Shown: piece after piece, positions 11,900 through 25,800 of the stretch
Position numbering within the stretch: position 1 is the first letter of the stretch
Layout: each line of letters begins with the position of its first letter
NCBI GenBank assembly: GCA_040954595.2
Contig: CM082581.2
Coordinates: 1,294,699-1,358,698 of the forward strand
DNA length: 64,000 nucleotides
Direction of reading: 5' to 3'
DNA from: Balanoglossus misakiensis
Lineage: Eukaryota; Animalia; Hemichordata
Notes under the pieces: model-generated
Databases searched by the model: none
Told to the model about the DNA's origin: nothing
Seen by the model: only the letters and a program-made list of their open reading frames with translations
Program-made: the position numbers and the translations under genes

Positions 11900-13160
11900 A
11901 TTTTTTCTAACAGTTACCTTTTTGAGCAAAGAGGCCAAAATGATATTTTTTTCCCTCAGTGGGGTCAGTAAGAGTGGGTTTTTTAGTACTTTTATTTATC
12001 ATTTGATCACCAATGGGAAGAAAATGGCATAATTTTCGTATTTTCTAGAAATGACACTTTTTGGGCAAAAACTTGCCAAAAAGGCACTTTTATCTTGAGT
12101 GGCATCAATAAAACTGCTTTTTTGGAAACTTTTCACATACAGTGGGCATATAATTCATTATCAGATCTCCGAAAGTGAAGAAAATATATAAATTTTGAGT
12201 GTTTTCTGAAAATGACGTTTTGGGGGCAAAAAGTGGCAAAATGGCATTTTTTCTTGAGTAGGATCAATAAGACTGCTATTTCTGGAATCAGCACCATTTT
12301 TTACATAGGATGAACATTTCATATATCACATGATCTCTGAGCTTTATGAAGAAAAGTTTGTTTTTAAATTTTTTTCTAAAAATGGCCTTTTTGGGCAAAA
12401 ACTTTCCAAAAGGGCATTTTTGCATTAGGTTGGGTCAATAAATCTGCTTTTTTCGAATAATCACCAGATTTTACATAGGGTGGGCATATAATACATTATC
12501 AGATCTCCGAAAGTGAAGAAAATATATAAATTTTGTGTGTTTTCTGAAAATGACGTTTTGGGGCAAAAAGTGGCAAAAATGGCATTTTTTCTTGAGTAGG
12601 GTCAATAAGACTGCTATTTCTGGAATCAGCACCATTTTTTACATAGAATGGACATTTCATATATCCAATGATCTCTGAATATGATAAACACAATTTAGTT
12701 TTAGTTTTTTTGTAAAAATGACCTTTTTTGACCACAAAAAGTGGCCAAAAATGGCATTTTTGTATTGATTGAGGTCAAAAAGACTGCTTTATTTTTTAAA
12801 GTCACCACTTTTAACATAGAATTGACTTTCCATATATCACCAGATCAATCATTATGAAGAAAACCGTGTGTTTTATTTTTTTTCTAAAAATGACGTTTTT
12901 GGGGCAAAAATTGGTCAAAAAGGCAATTTTCTGTTGTTTTGGGTCAATCGAACTACTTTTTTCGTAATATTCACCAAATTTTACATAGAATAAGCATATC
13001 ATATGTTATCAGATCTCAGAATGTGACGAAAACAATGTGTTTTTAGTGTTTTCTAAAAAAGACCATTTTGGGGTTAAAAATGGCCAAAATGGCAATTTTG
13101 TCTTGAGTGGGGTTAATAAGACTGACTTTTTTGGAATGAGCACCATTTTTTACATAGAAC
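11900..13160. repeat. Tandem repeat, ~170-bp monomer with a ~338-bp dimeric period
   Basis: GGGCATATAAT(T/A)CATTATCAGATCTCCGAAAGTGAAG at 12144 and 12482; AAATGAC..TTTTGGG.CAAAA recurs about every 170 bp. Confidence 0.85.
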
Positions 13161-15783
13161 CTTCCTTACCAAAAATTCTGATTAACGGCACCTATCTCAT
13201 AGTGTAACCAGACTACAAGTGAAGAACCCCAGTAACAGACGTAACGAACAAACAAACTACATGTACTAACAACAAAGCAAGAAAAGTGTCAAGCGTCGTC
13301 AAAGAAAACGAAATAGTTCTAGCATGGTTGGTAAAAGTTATTGGTAGAAAACGAATAGGGCCTTCTACAAATGACGTCTCAGACCCGCAAACGCCACCAG
13401 AACACAAAACACATGCACAGAACAGTTTAAGCCGGTTGTTGTATGGAGCAGCAATAATCTGCGGTTGGGCCGTCGTAGATTTTCGCTGGTGGTGAAAATA
13501 AATAAAACACGATCGATGTTCCATTTATTCCAGATCACATGCGTTTACGGCCAGAAGAGAGCATAAAAGTCTTCAAATGACCATGTGGTGGCGCACTTTT
13601 TCCGATTGGCTGTATTTCAATTTGTTCGTGGTAAATTAATTTTGTGGAGGTGACCGGCACTGAAGCTCTTAGCTAGGATGAGGTGGGATGGAAAAATGCC
13701 CCATTTGACTCATTTTAGCTGTTTTAAAATATACGACTATTTATAGACAAAAGGAAAATAAAACAAGCGCAAAAACATACCAAACCTAGTTTTATTAATT
13801 ACAAAAAAAATTGCTGAGTAAAGGTTTTCATGTGGGCATTCACTTTGAACTTGCTAAATTAATTTAAAGAGACAAAGTCGCTCTCTCTTTGTCCTTTTGC
13901 GATGATGGAATGCTTGCTTGAAGTCTCTCGTGCAATAAATGATGTCGATTCATACATGTATGGATGGTGTATAGGTGGTCGGAATTTACATGTCTTTGCC
14001 ACGTCCAAACCAAACACACATAAAATCAAACTTTGGGTCATGAAATCGAGTTTTGTTACAGTCTAGAATTTCATGCCACCCCTTTTGGTCATATTATTCT
14101 TGGTAGGCAAAAGTGACAAGTAGTCAAGTTTCAACACAGGCAACATTTTTTACAAACAAACCACAAAGAAGACATCAAAAGGGAGAGAATTATAGAATGG
14201 TCAATGTGTGAATAGTTAAGATACGTAAAGTGGCCGGGTTCAACATAACATTAACTCATCGACTTCATATCGTCTTCATGCCATGGTTTTGCCTGCCCTG
14301 AAAGTTCTTGTCGTTGCAGAAGTGGTTTTGACAGAAAGAATTTAGTCTTCCGGGATGTTTGTGATTATTTGAACACCAGACAATACAATGCAACCTTGAC
14401 TTCCAAAATACTTACCGGCATTGCATTATCTTACCATGGTTAGGCCTACAGAGAACAAATTTTCAACAATATTTTCTGAGTTACCGCTGATATTTGTTTT
14501 GTAGTATGGATATTAAATTATACATCCCGATACAAAACAGAATGTTATAGAATCCTTCCTGAGTGATATTGAAAAAAATACCGGAATGCTATAGCCTAAT
14601 CTATGGTTAGGGTTATTGCTATTATTTTATATCAGTAATCGACTTTGTGTATATCAATGTCATTTTCATAACGAAAATGAACTCGAGTCTAATGTAAACG
14701 TTACGAATTGATCGAAAGGCGCTCTGATGAATGTTAACACGAGTGCGCAATGACAAGACATGCATCGTGCATGACAGTGACAACAGTTCCAATAGAGCAG
14801 TTAAAAAATAAACCGGCCGTCCGTAAATTTATCAGCTATATTTTTTTTTATTTAGTCACGTTTTCCCTGTTGCATGCTATTAGTTCAGGGGCCAGTTTTA
14901 GCAGTGCTCTATTGAGTACTTTCGTATCGATGGATTGATCTCTCGTCCAATCAGAATGGCGGATGGTAGCATGATCCGACATATTGCGTATTACAATAGG
15001 GCTTCCTCATACAGGTCAGAACAGAGAGGTCATTCCTTTTATTTTAGGACGTCTCAGCTCCTTTGTCTTTTCTGTTATTTTTTGACAAATGCGGATTGAC
15101 GTTCCATTTCCAATTGGCGATAATTATATTTATTTGTATTTTATTGCATAAGCGCTTGCTAGTCGTTTTTTAGCAATTTTTTTTGTAGTACAAAAACACT
15201 GAAGAAAACGAAATATTTTATTCATTCGCACTTCCAAAGAACACCGTGACATAATTCCTCAATTTGCATTTCAGTGTGTGTGTCTGGTGTGTCTGCATTG
15301 ACGTGAGGCGCATTCTCCACCCGCACACATACGTTGCATTGCATTCTTTGACTAATTAGTGTTACGTCATGTTGAAGCAGGATTCTGATTGAGTAGTAAG
15401 TAAGTTGCATAATTGACGCACAGCTGGTGCCTCGTTCTCGTACCGCTGACCATTGCATTTGAAAAATCATTGCAGCTTTGACGTTCATCAAGCATGGAGG
15501 TCCCGGTCGCCTCCATGCTTGATGATGTCGTTTCTCTGGTAAGCATGGCATTTAATGTTATTTTACAAGTACATGTACACTCCTTCTAGCAAAAACTGGT
15601 CGTGGTAGGGCGAGAGGGTCCTCCCAACATCGAAATTCTGACTTTGGGAAGCGTTACAGCACCAAACAGTAAACTCACAGTCGCATGGAATTTGTGCGTT
15701 ATATTACACCGTGCGAGTAAATTGTACGTCGTTCGTTGGCTCGAGTCAGCTTTGTTATTGTGGAGCAGGTGGTACCGTAACAC

Positions 15784-16197
15784 CACAGGGGGCTCTCCCT
15801 AGGCGATTTTATTGTTTGTTTGTTGTTGTTGATTGGCATAATAAACAAATACATATTTCTTTATTAATAAATATGGTTTGTTGACATGTAAGGGTTAGGT
15901 TATTAGGGTATATTTGACAGGTTATGGTATATTCAACGGTTAGAATTAGTGTTGGCATTTTTTCGATCCATGGCCGGCATCACCCCCCCAAACCCCCCCC
16001 CCCCACCCCCTGTGGCTTAGTGATGCCCGGGGCCGTGGATCGAAAAAAATGCCAACAGTAACCCTAACTGTTGAATATACCCTAACACTTACATGTCAAC
16101 AAACCATATTTATTAATAAAGAAATATGTATTTGTTTATTATGCCAATCAACAACAACAAACAAACAATAAAATCGCGGAGGGAGGAGCCCCCTGTG
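15784..16197. mobile_element. Foldback MITE with a 7-bp TSD (P-element-like)
   Basis: TSD GTAACAC at 15777-15783 and 16198-16204; termini CACAGGGGGCTC...GAGCCCCCTGTG; the arms are inverted almost to the C-rich centre. Confidence 0.88.
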
Positions 16198-16400
16198 GTA
16201 ACACACTACAGTATAACTTTTAAGGCAAAGCGATAGCGAATAAACTGACCAGGGTTGGTTTTGTTGTTGGGGAGATTTTTGGCACCATTGAGACTGTTAT
16301 AAGCTACCAGTGGGAGCTATGGTATAGCCGTTAACACGCAGCCCTGCCACGCAGAGCTTCTATGACTGGTTACTAACTTCTATGTCTATTTGATTCACAG

Positions 16401-16475
16401 ATGCTGCCTGAAACTGTCTGCGTTTCAACTCGGGATTCTCTTCCTTGTCCGGGGCGAGTTTAAGACCGCTCAATG
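16401..16475 (+). other. Mini-exon A (75 bp) of an unknown spliced transcript
   Basis: Branch point TACTAAC at 16371-16377, acceptor TTTGATTCACAG, donor G|GTAAGC. Confidence 0.65.
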
Positions 16476-16713
16476 GTAAGCATGACTTGCTTTATATTTG
16501 CTTTTATCGGGTGTTGCAACCGAAACAATAGGAAGAAATGTATGTCTACGAACTAATTTACATATTCCAGCTTTCAATACAATGTACCTGTTTTTTCCCC
16601 TTCGAATTCTGGCCTCGATTTCTTGTGATATGATCGTGATGTCATGAATTAGATGGACAACTCACAAGTTCAAATCTTCACGTGGAGCATAAAATAAATG
16701 TGGATGCATTTCC

Positions 16714-17068
16714 TTAAAGGGACAAAGTCTCTCTCTCGCTGCCCTTTTTTCCATTAATTATATTTGATACAAGACACCGTTTGTTATTCTACATGTAGAT
16801 ATATAGTGAATGAACGTTCAGCCACACACAACTTCCGTCCCACTTGTAGACACGAGAGTAAAAATACTCGCCAAAATGAATAATCGTTCTTTACCATTTA
16901 TTCATTTTGGGCGAGTTTTTACTCTCATATCATACAAGCGGGATGGAAGTTTTGTGTGGTTGATCATTTATTCACTATATATCCAAATGTACATTGACAT
17001 AAACAGTGTCTTGTATCAAACATAATTAATGGAAAAAGGACAGCGACAGAGAGACTTTGTCCCTTTAA
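16714..17068. mobile_element. Full-length family K1 MITE
   Basis: TTAA TSDs; the duplicate copy shows the empty site CCTTAACCAT at about 23181. Confidence 0.92.
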
Positions 17069-17402
17069 CCATATAGTTAAAATTACTCCCATATCAATAC
17101 ACAGGGAGATACTTTAACTTTGGCTGAACGTGTGCTAGTCCAACACTATGCTTAATCAAACTGGCTAAGAGATCTGTTATTATATTAGACGCATGAAGGA
17201 AAGTAATGTTGTTTAGAGTGAAATAAAACAATACTTTAGGCCAGAAAGAAAAATGTAAATCATGACACAAATAGGCTGGAAATTTTTTCTGACCCTATAT
17301 TATACCATGTTTTGCATATTTTCACTAATTTGTATGGCCCACATAATTCTAAAGCAAGGTTGATTGGTTACTAATTAATATTTGCATATATTTGATTCAC
17401 AG

Positions 17403-17475
17403 TCTTAAACACAGCATTTCAACGTATGCCGGAGGAGGAAGAGAATACCTAGGCCTGATCCAAGACCGCTTTCCG
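17403..17475 (+). other. Mini-exon B (73 bp)
   Basis: TGGTTACTAAT branch-like motif, acceptor TTTGATTCACAG, donor CCG|GTAAGC; flanks are homologous to exon A. Confidence 0.65.
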
Positions 17476-20400
17476 GTAAGCACACCTTGCTGTATACATG
17501 CTCCATAGCTTGTTTGTAAATGCTACCTTTTCCCATCAAATAGTGAAGTCACCCTTTTAAAATTATGGTGGTGGCAAGCCACAACTGGTTATCATGAAGA
17601 GTTGGACACCACTAATAATCATTTTAATATTTTCCAATTGGTAACCTTTATGTACCACTATCCTCAACAATTTCAGTCAACAAGATTCATATTGCGCTGT
17701 ATAGCAAGGCCAAACAAATATGACTGATTGATAGGGATTTTTCTGAAAATGTGACAAAATCAACAAATAAACAATAATCAGTCACCAATCATGCATTATG
17801 TGTTATTCGAGGGAACCTGAGCGGGTCCCATAAACCTGCCAACCCATGCTAGCCATGACTTTACAAATGTTTCCGTCATACTATGCAGAAAATTCTGGCT
17901 GCCTTAAATAGGTTTTTCACTTTGCGCTAGGTGTCAAATCTCATTGCATTCTGGGCGGAAAGTCCATAACCAACTGTAGTAAGAGATAGAAGAAATGATA
18001 TGTTTACTGTATTTCATGACTTCCTTCGGTCAAACATTTCTGTCTCGGTAGTTAGCATATTAAACTTTTTTTCACTTTTGCTATTTTTTCTGTTAAAAAG
18101 TTCAAGAATGACCCATCATCATTTTAGCTTATGAACTCCCATTTCTTTAACATGGCAAAAATCGGCCATCTTGAAATTATCGACCGTATGAGATTTTCAT
18201 CACTCATTTAGGGTAGCTTAAAACGTGTTTAAAGTAGGGAGAATTGTATAGGCAAGACTTGGGCTGTAAATTTGATGAAATAGCTACATGACTATTGTTC
18301 ACAAGCAGCTGACTGTACTGTAAGACTGGAAGTGTTGTGTACATATTTTACATATTCAATATTTGTAATTAGACCATGTCATGTATATCTTGGGGATTGC
18401 TCGATCACAATGTCTCTGCTGGTACAATGTCCTTTTAACATGTTCAGTAATATGGTAGTAATTGTAAGTTTGTGTGCGGCATTTGTAAATTATTTACAAT
18501 TTATAAATTATTTTGTAAGTTTCTTCATTCTCAAATTGCTTGCCTAACGTACTGCATTAACATTTAAATTTTGGTATGATTTTGAGTAGACTTTTTGTTT
18601 CAAAATTATTTTTGACACTTTTGGGTGATATGATTTTACATGGAAAATCTGATTTCCCTGTAATTCGGTTGACAGGATTTTCATCATATCTCTAAATCAT
18701 GAAGTACATGTATCAGACTTGCATCAGGCCCCCAAAATTCTAGTCGCCTTTGGCAAGTAATATTAGCCATTGATCTGGGAAAGTTACAAAAATGTGTTGT
18801 CCAAGGACGTTGAAGGTACATGTGGTTTTTACACTTGCTGCATGTTTATAATTTGCAATAGAAATAGACACTCAGTGCCAGCCCACTATCCCGTCTCTTT
18901 ATTGCTGACTTGTATGTATGTACGTATGTACGCATTTTATCAGAATTATTAGGTCCCATTTGGTATATGTATTTATACCATGGTACCTTACGGGATCAGT
19001 TGCACCTGTATGTATGGATGTTTGTATGTCCATCAACATCAAACATTTGGAAACTACTGGCATTTCACCTTGATATTTAATGTGCAGACAGGGCAGTAGA
19101 TGGGAGTTTGTCTAAGTGAAGTTGTCATTGCCAAAATATGCAAATTAGCTGGGAAAGTGTCAAATTTGTCAAAACTTGGGAACTCAACAACTACTGGGCA
19201 AATTGCTTTCAAAATTGATAATTGGTATGCATGTACCTTATGGTATCCTCTCACAATTCTACATGTTGTGAGCTAATAATGTGAATTTTCTATTTTTAAG
19301 CATTTTTTTTGTCTCTTTCCACATTGTCGGTAAAAACCTACTTTTCTGGAATTGATCAGCTGACTTGTTTGAAATTTATTATGAAGCTTCATAGGTGATC
19401 TGAGTTACCAACCATAGTTTTGTTTAAATTGTTGCCAAAAATTGCGTATTTATAATTTTGGAGCAATTTTTAGGTCCCATTTGGTTTATGTACATATATA
19501 CGATTGGGACCTTATGGAATCAGTTGCATTTGTATGTATGAGTGAATGGATGAAAACCGCTGGGCATATCACTTCCATATTTAGTGTGTAGATGCAGGCG
19601 GGGCTGTAGATGGGATTTTGTTCAAATGAAATTGTCATTGCCAAAATATTACCTGTGTAAATGTGAAATTGGTCAAAAGTCAGAAACTTGACAACCACTG
19701 GTCAGATTGGTATGTCAATGAACCCCATACAGTCCTGTATGTTGTGAGCTAATATTATGAATTTTCTAATGTTTATTAATTTTTTTTGTCTTTTTCCACA
19801 TTATTGGTAAAAAAAAATCTTCACTTCTGAAAGCGATAGTCCGACTCCTTCGAAATTTAGTATGAAGCTTCCTATGGGTGGTCCGAGTTACCATATTTTT
19901 TGTTCAGATTGTTGTAAAATAGGCATATTTATAATTTTGAGCAATTTTGCCAATTAAGGTCAGAATGCTTTGCAATTTGGTAGGCAGATTCCCAGGGGTA
20001 ACCCAAGGAAGATGTCATAAAAATGGTTAAAACTGCGTGCTTGTGTTATTGGGGATATTTTTTGCAATCTTTGTCAAAAACTGTTTTCTGTTAAACCGTT
20101 CAAACCCTTGTCAGATTACTTTGAATTTTGGCAGGAATGTTCCTTGTAGTGATTGAAGTAAGATGGTGTACAATTATAGAGATGTTTGCATATTTGTGTT
20201 TTTGCCACTTTTGAACAAATGTGTTTTTCTTTGAAACTGCTTTTTTGATGGCTTTGAAATATGGTAGGAATATTCCTAGGGGTAACCCAATTTTTAGCTC
20301 ACCTGAAAATCACGTGAGCTTATAGTTTAGCGATGTCTGTGTATGTGTGTGTCTGTCTGTATACCCGATATCTCAAGAACCGCTGAACCGATTTCAACCA

Positions 20401-22839
20401 AATTTAGTACACAGGTTCAGATATCATATGGCAAGAACTGAAAAGGTTTTGGTGGGTGTGGCTTTGATATTAATGAAGTTATTAAAGTTTTAATTTTTCT
20501 ATTACATGGTTGTCTATGAGAGCTTTCGTTAATGCTGCATATATGACCAGTGGAAACGATAGTTTGAGGAGATCGACTGTTTGAGGGCGCTGTGAAATGA
20601 GACATTCCTGGCGATATTGCCGTGGTTCTGTCCATGCTCAGACGCTGTACCCGTCGTTACGAATAACTTCCCTACGTGAATCCACAAGGAAGCTAACGTT
20701 GTTTAGTTGCTTCATAGAGCGTAAATTGTTAATCTACAGAACCGTCAGACGAATACTCTTTTCAAATGAAGTTTGAAACTACTTACGAGTAAGTTAGTGG
20801 AGACAATATGGCGGATAGTTGGCGTGCAGCCGAATCCGCGTTATGACTATGACGTGACCCATTCATCAAGACAAACCGTAAATGATTCACGCATATTGTG
20901 GTCCTCACGCAGTCAATCTCAAAATGTCACCAGGCTTTCTATTTGTCTATTGTTCAGAGAAAAATAACATGGCGGTTGATCACACTCAACAGTAAAATCC
21001 GTTTTGTGTGTTTATAGACAGTCTGTTATCGCCAATACTATATAGCGATTGCTAGATGGCCTACCCAATATGTGATCGAGCGAGAATGATAACATTGAAT
21101 GTCTGTTCAGATCTCATTCCGTACGTCATACGTCAACATTTCGATTTCGATTTAATCCATTCATAAAGAATTTAGAGAAAGTCGTCTTGAATTGTGACCC
21201 CGACTATCAATTAGTTTACGATGATTTTTTGGCGACGGAATACACGAGACGCCATTGCATAACTACGTCAGCTGGACTTCCAAGGTTACCATTTTGTGTG
21301 TATGGAATCTTATCACAGAGCCTACGTACTTTGACAATATGCCATGCTATATCAATGACGCCCCAGAAAATTTGTCAAAAAATGAATTTGTCTTCTCATG
21401 GTGGTGCAATATATTTTAATGTCTATTTTGAGGTTGATTTTGGTTTTTGGCTAACATGTATATAAATGTCAGCTTATAGCATAAGTTGGTGTCCGTCGGC
21501 TATGTATGTCTGTATGTGTGCCTCATACAGAATTATGTATTTTGTGAATGGATCAGTTTCGTCTTAATGTATTGATGTATGTATGTGTATGTCCATCAAC
21601 ATCAAAAACTTGAAACTACTGATATTTAGTGTGTACATAGAAATTGTTATTGCGAAAAAATGCATACTGGTATTAACTGGAAAAATGTTCAAATAGTCAA
21701 AATTGAAAAACTTAATAACAGCGGATCAGATTAAGTTAAAAATTGGCGTGCATTGGTGTGCAAGTACTTTGGGAAGACCTCGTATGATTTTGTTCAGGTG
21801 GAGTCAGTATCTGGCGTTTCCTATTTTTTATGAATTTTTTGGGGAATTTTCTGCAGTTTTGTTAAAAAAAAATTTTCTCTGAAATTACATGTCCAATTGA
21901 TTGGAAACTTGGTATGGAGGTTCATAGGGCTTACCTGAATCACATTTGTGCAAACGGTGGTGAAATTTGCAAAAATGCATTTTTGGGCAATATTTCCTGT
22001 TTTTGCCAAAAAATCCAATCCTGTGAAATGTAGGTGCAATTGTTTTGATACTTTGTATTTGGGTTTCTAGGGGTGATCTCAGTCAGATATGATCAAATTG
22101 TAATGAAATTTGCATAATTGTATTTTTTGGGAATTTCTGCAGGGTTTGGCCAAATAGTCTTCGGTAATACCACAAGTCCAATTGGTTGGAAACTTTGAAT
22201 GGGAATTCATATATGTGATATCAGTCAGATTTGTCTGAATTTCCTGTTGTTTGCCAAAATGTCTTCCTTATTGAAACTTGTTAAAGAGGTTCTTAGGCAT
22301 GAACAGAAATCAGATTTGTTGAAATCTGGTGAAATATTCATACTTTTTGGTATATTTCTTGCCATTTTTGATCAAAGAGTTTTAGAATTCCATAGACTTA
22401 TTATTTTTATGCAGTTCAGGATGGGGTACATGACTCATAACCCCTTACAAAAATTGACAAGGCAACAATTCCACAAACATGTTTACATTTCACAATGGTG
22501 CAACACACAACCCTTACACCATATACACTATAAACCAAAATGGTTTAAAACTGGTTTTTCTAATCTTGTTATTCTGTCAACCAATCACAGTACTGCACGT
22601 GAGCATATTCAGTTAATATCTGGTTCCTGATTGCTTTGGAAGTCAGTTAACAATTTCATAACACATGTACATGTATGTGCAACTTTGATTAAATTCTGGT
22701 TGTCAATATTTAGGTAGTTTGTTGTAAATTTCTTTGTTTTTGGATAGCAAATCTTTTTAACCAATTGCTCAGTTTCTTTGAAAGTTACTGTTAACAAGGA
22801 GAGTTAGTACACCCAACTTAGACTTTTACACCCAACTTA

Positions 22840-25800
22840 GAGCTACTATGACTGGTTACTAACTTCTATATCTATTTGATTCACAGATGCTGCCTGAAAT
22901 TGTCTGCATTTCAACTCGGGATTCTCTTCCTCGTCTGGGGCGAGTTTAAGACCGCTCAATGGTAAGCATGACTTGCTGTATATTTGCTTTTATCGGGCGT
23001 GGCACAACCGAAACAATAGGAAACAATGTATGTCTACGAACTAATTTACACCTTCCAGTTATCAATACTTTTTTCCTTCGAATTCTAGCCTCGATTGCCT
23101 GTGATGTGATCGTGATGACATGAATTAAATGGTCAAGTTCAAATCTTCATGTGAAGCATAAATTAAATTTGGATGCATTTCCTTAACCATATAGCTAGAA
23201 ATTACTCCCATACCAATACACGGGGAGATACCGTAATTTTGGCTGAAAGTGTGCTAGTCCAACACTATGCTTCATCAAACTGGCTAAGAGATCTATTATT
23301 ATATATAGACACATGAAGGAAAGTAATGTTGTTTATAGTGAAATAAAACAATACCTTAGGCCACAAAGAAAAATATAGATCACGACACAAACAGGCTGGA
23401 GTTTTTTTCAAAAATGTGTGCATAAGATCATATTGGCCCATGGTAATCAAAGCCAAAGCAGCCCAGTTCCAAATTCGAAACTCAGCTCAGTACCAGAAAC
23501 TTGCTCAAAGCTACCAAATGCACAGAAAGTTTTGAGAATCTAGATGAGAAATCACCAAGCGACTAGTGCGCTTGTCTATGTTCAATGTGTCTTCCCTGGT
23601 AACAACATGTACTTCTGCCACCATGCCATGAGATATACTGACAGCCACGTTTGAAACATTTTAGTATACTGATATTCAAAGTTTAAATGTAAAGGCTTAC
23701 TTTTCTATAGTAAAATAAATGTTTTATAATTGCCAACAATTTACATTCTTGCGCTAATCAGTTGTATGAAAAGTGAGGTGGATCAAATGTAAGTTTCATT
23801 TTCACAACAAACATTAAGAAATCATTGTACAGTGTTACGTAGATGTCAAAGTGTGTGTACACCTGTCGTTTACAGATATGATGTCAGTTTCACTTGTCAC
23901 CTAACTGCCATGTTTGTGGTATACCCATGTGGACCACTTTACTGCAGTACTGATGTAAATGGAGTTTCAAGATCGCTGTTACAGATTTCTCTGATTCGTA
24001 TTCCACGTACATTATCGCAGCACAGTCTGACCCTATATTATACCATGTTTTGCATATTTTCACTAATTAGTATGGCCCAAATAATTCTAAAGCAAGGTTG
24101 ATTGGTTACTAATTGATAAGCATATATTTGATTCACAGTCTTAAACACAGCATTTCAACGTATGCCGGAGGAGGAAGAGAATACCTAGGCCTGATCCAAG
24201 ACCGCTTTCCGGTAAGCACAACTTGCTGTATACATGCTCCATAGCTTGTTTGTAAAGGCTACCTTTTCCCATCAAATAGTGAAGTCGCCCTTTCAAAATT
24301 ATGGTGGTGGTAAGCCACAACTGGTTATCATGGAGAGCCCCATATAAACTTACCAGCCCACGCTAGCCATGACTTTACAAATGTTTCCGTCATACTATGC
24401 AGAAAATTCTGGCTGCCTTAAATAGGTTTTCACTTTGCGCTAGGGGGTCAAATCACATTGCATTCTGGGCGAAAAGTCTACAACCCACTGTAGTAAGAGG
24501 TGGAAGAAATGATACATTTTGTGTATTTCATGCTTTGGTCAAACATGTCTGTCTCCGTAGTTAGCATATTAAACTCATTAAATGTTTTTCACATTTTGTT
24601 ATTTTGTCTGTTATGACCCATTATCACTTTAGCTTTAGCTTAGGCTCCATTCACAAACACCTCTGGATGGGGGGGGGGGGGAAATTCAATTTTTTTACTG
24701 CTAATTTTCACATGCCCCCCCCCCCCCTGTACACAACCCGAAATATTTTCAAATCCCCCACCCCCTTCTGAACTGCCAAAATTTTAAAATCCCCCCCCCA
24801 TTTTCTTTCACAGAGCAAAACACATCACTTATCTATCTCGTAAAAAAGAAAAACAGCGCTCCCATGAAAAGACTTTGAAACTGATGTTTCCCCTCATCAG
24901 TGGGTATTAAAACTGAACATGGTTTTTATTTTTTAAGTATTTGTATTCTGTGTTGGGAGACATTGTAAACCGGGAATTGAAGGGGGTGGGTGTGGGAAGG
25001 GGTGTCCCCCTCCCACGTAAGAAAATTTTATAAAATACAGAGCTCAAAGCTGCATTTTTATGAACCCGGCAAAAGCAAATTAACTCAACTACCAGTATGT
25101 TGGGGAGGATAAATTTAACCGTCGCCGCTCAAAGTTATCATGGGGTGGGGGCAAGTCCCCTGACATGGGACACTAGATAAACCAGTTAATGATTGAAAGG
25201 TGTTGATGAAATAGCTACATGCCTATTGTTAACAAGCAGCTGACTGTACTGAAAGAATGGAAGTGTTGTGTACCTATTTTACATATTCAATATTTGTAAT
25301 TAGACCATGTCATGTATATCTTGGGGATTGCTCGATCGCAATGTCTCTGCTGGTACAATGTCCTTTTAACTTGTACAGTAATATGGTAGTGATTGTAAGT
25401 TTGTGTACGGCATTTGTAAGTTATTTTCAATTTATAATTTTTTTGTAAGTTTCTTCATTCTCAAATTGCTTGCCTAACGTACTGCTTTAAAATTTAAATT
25501 TTGGTATGATTTTGAGTAGACTTTTTGTTTCAAAATTATTTTCGACACTTGACATTTTTGGGTGATATGATTTTACATGGAAAATCTGATTTCCCTGTAA
25601 TTCGGTTGACAGGATTTTCACAATATCTCTAAATCATGAAGTACATGTATCAGAATTGCATCAGGCCCCCAAAATTCTAGTCGCCCTTGGCAAGTAATAT
25701 TAGCCATTGTTGTCCAAAGACGTTGAAGGTACAATTGGTTTTTAAACTTACTATGTAGGCATTTTATCAGAATTATTAGGTCCCATTTGGTGCAGGTATA

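Larger units (their letters stand above)
16352..20225 (+). repeat. Local segmental duplication, copy 1
   Basis: Colinear, highly similar sequence at 22840-28065, with several insertion/deletion differences. Confidence 0.9.

Noticed and set aside
15050-15560. Cluster of TGACG(T) CRE-like motifs as promoter of the mini-exon transcript
   Set aside because: These short motifs could be transposon subterminal repeats, and there is no evidence for a start site.
16311-16354. tRNA gene or tRNA-derived SINE head (TGGTATAGCCGTTA...CTGCCAC)
   Set aside because: Only a D-arm/anticodon-like half is present, with no T-arm or acceptor stem; it is too short to call.
18272-18312. Box C/D snoRNA (TGATGA...CTGA) downstream of the mini-exons
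   Set aside because: The spacing is only about 40 nt, there is no terminal stem, and the upstream flank is replaced in the duplicate.
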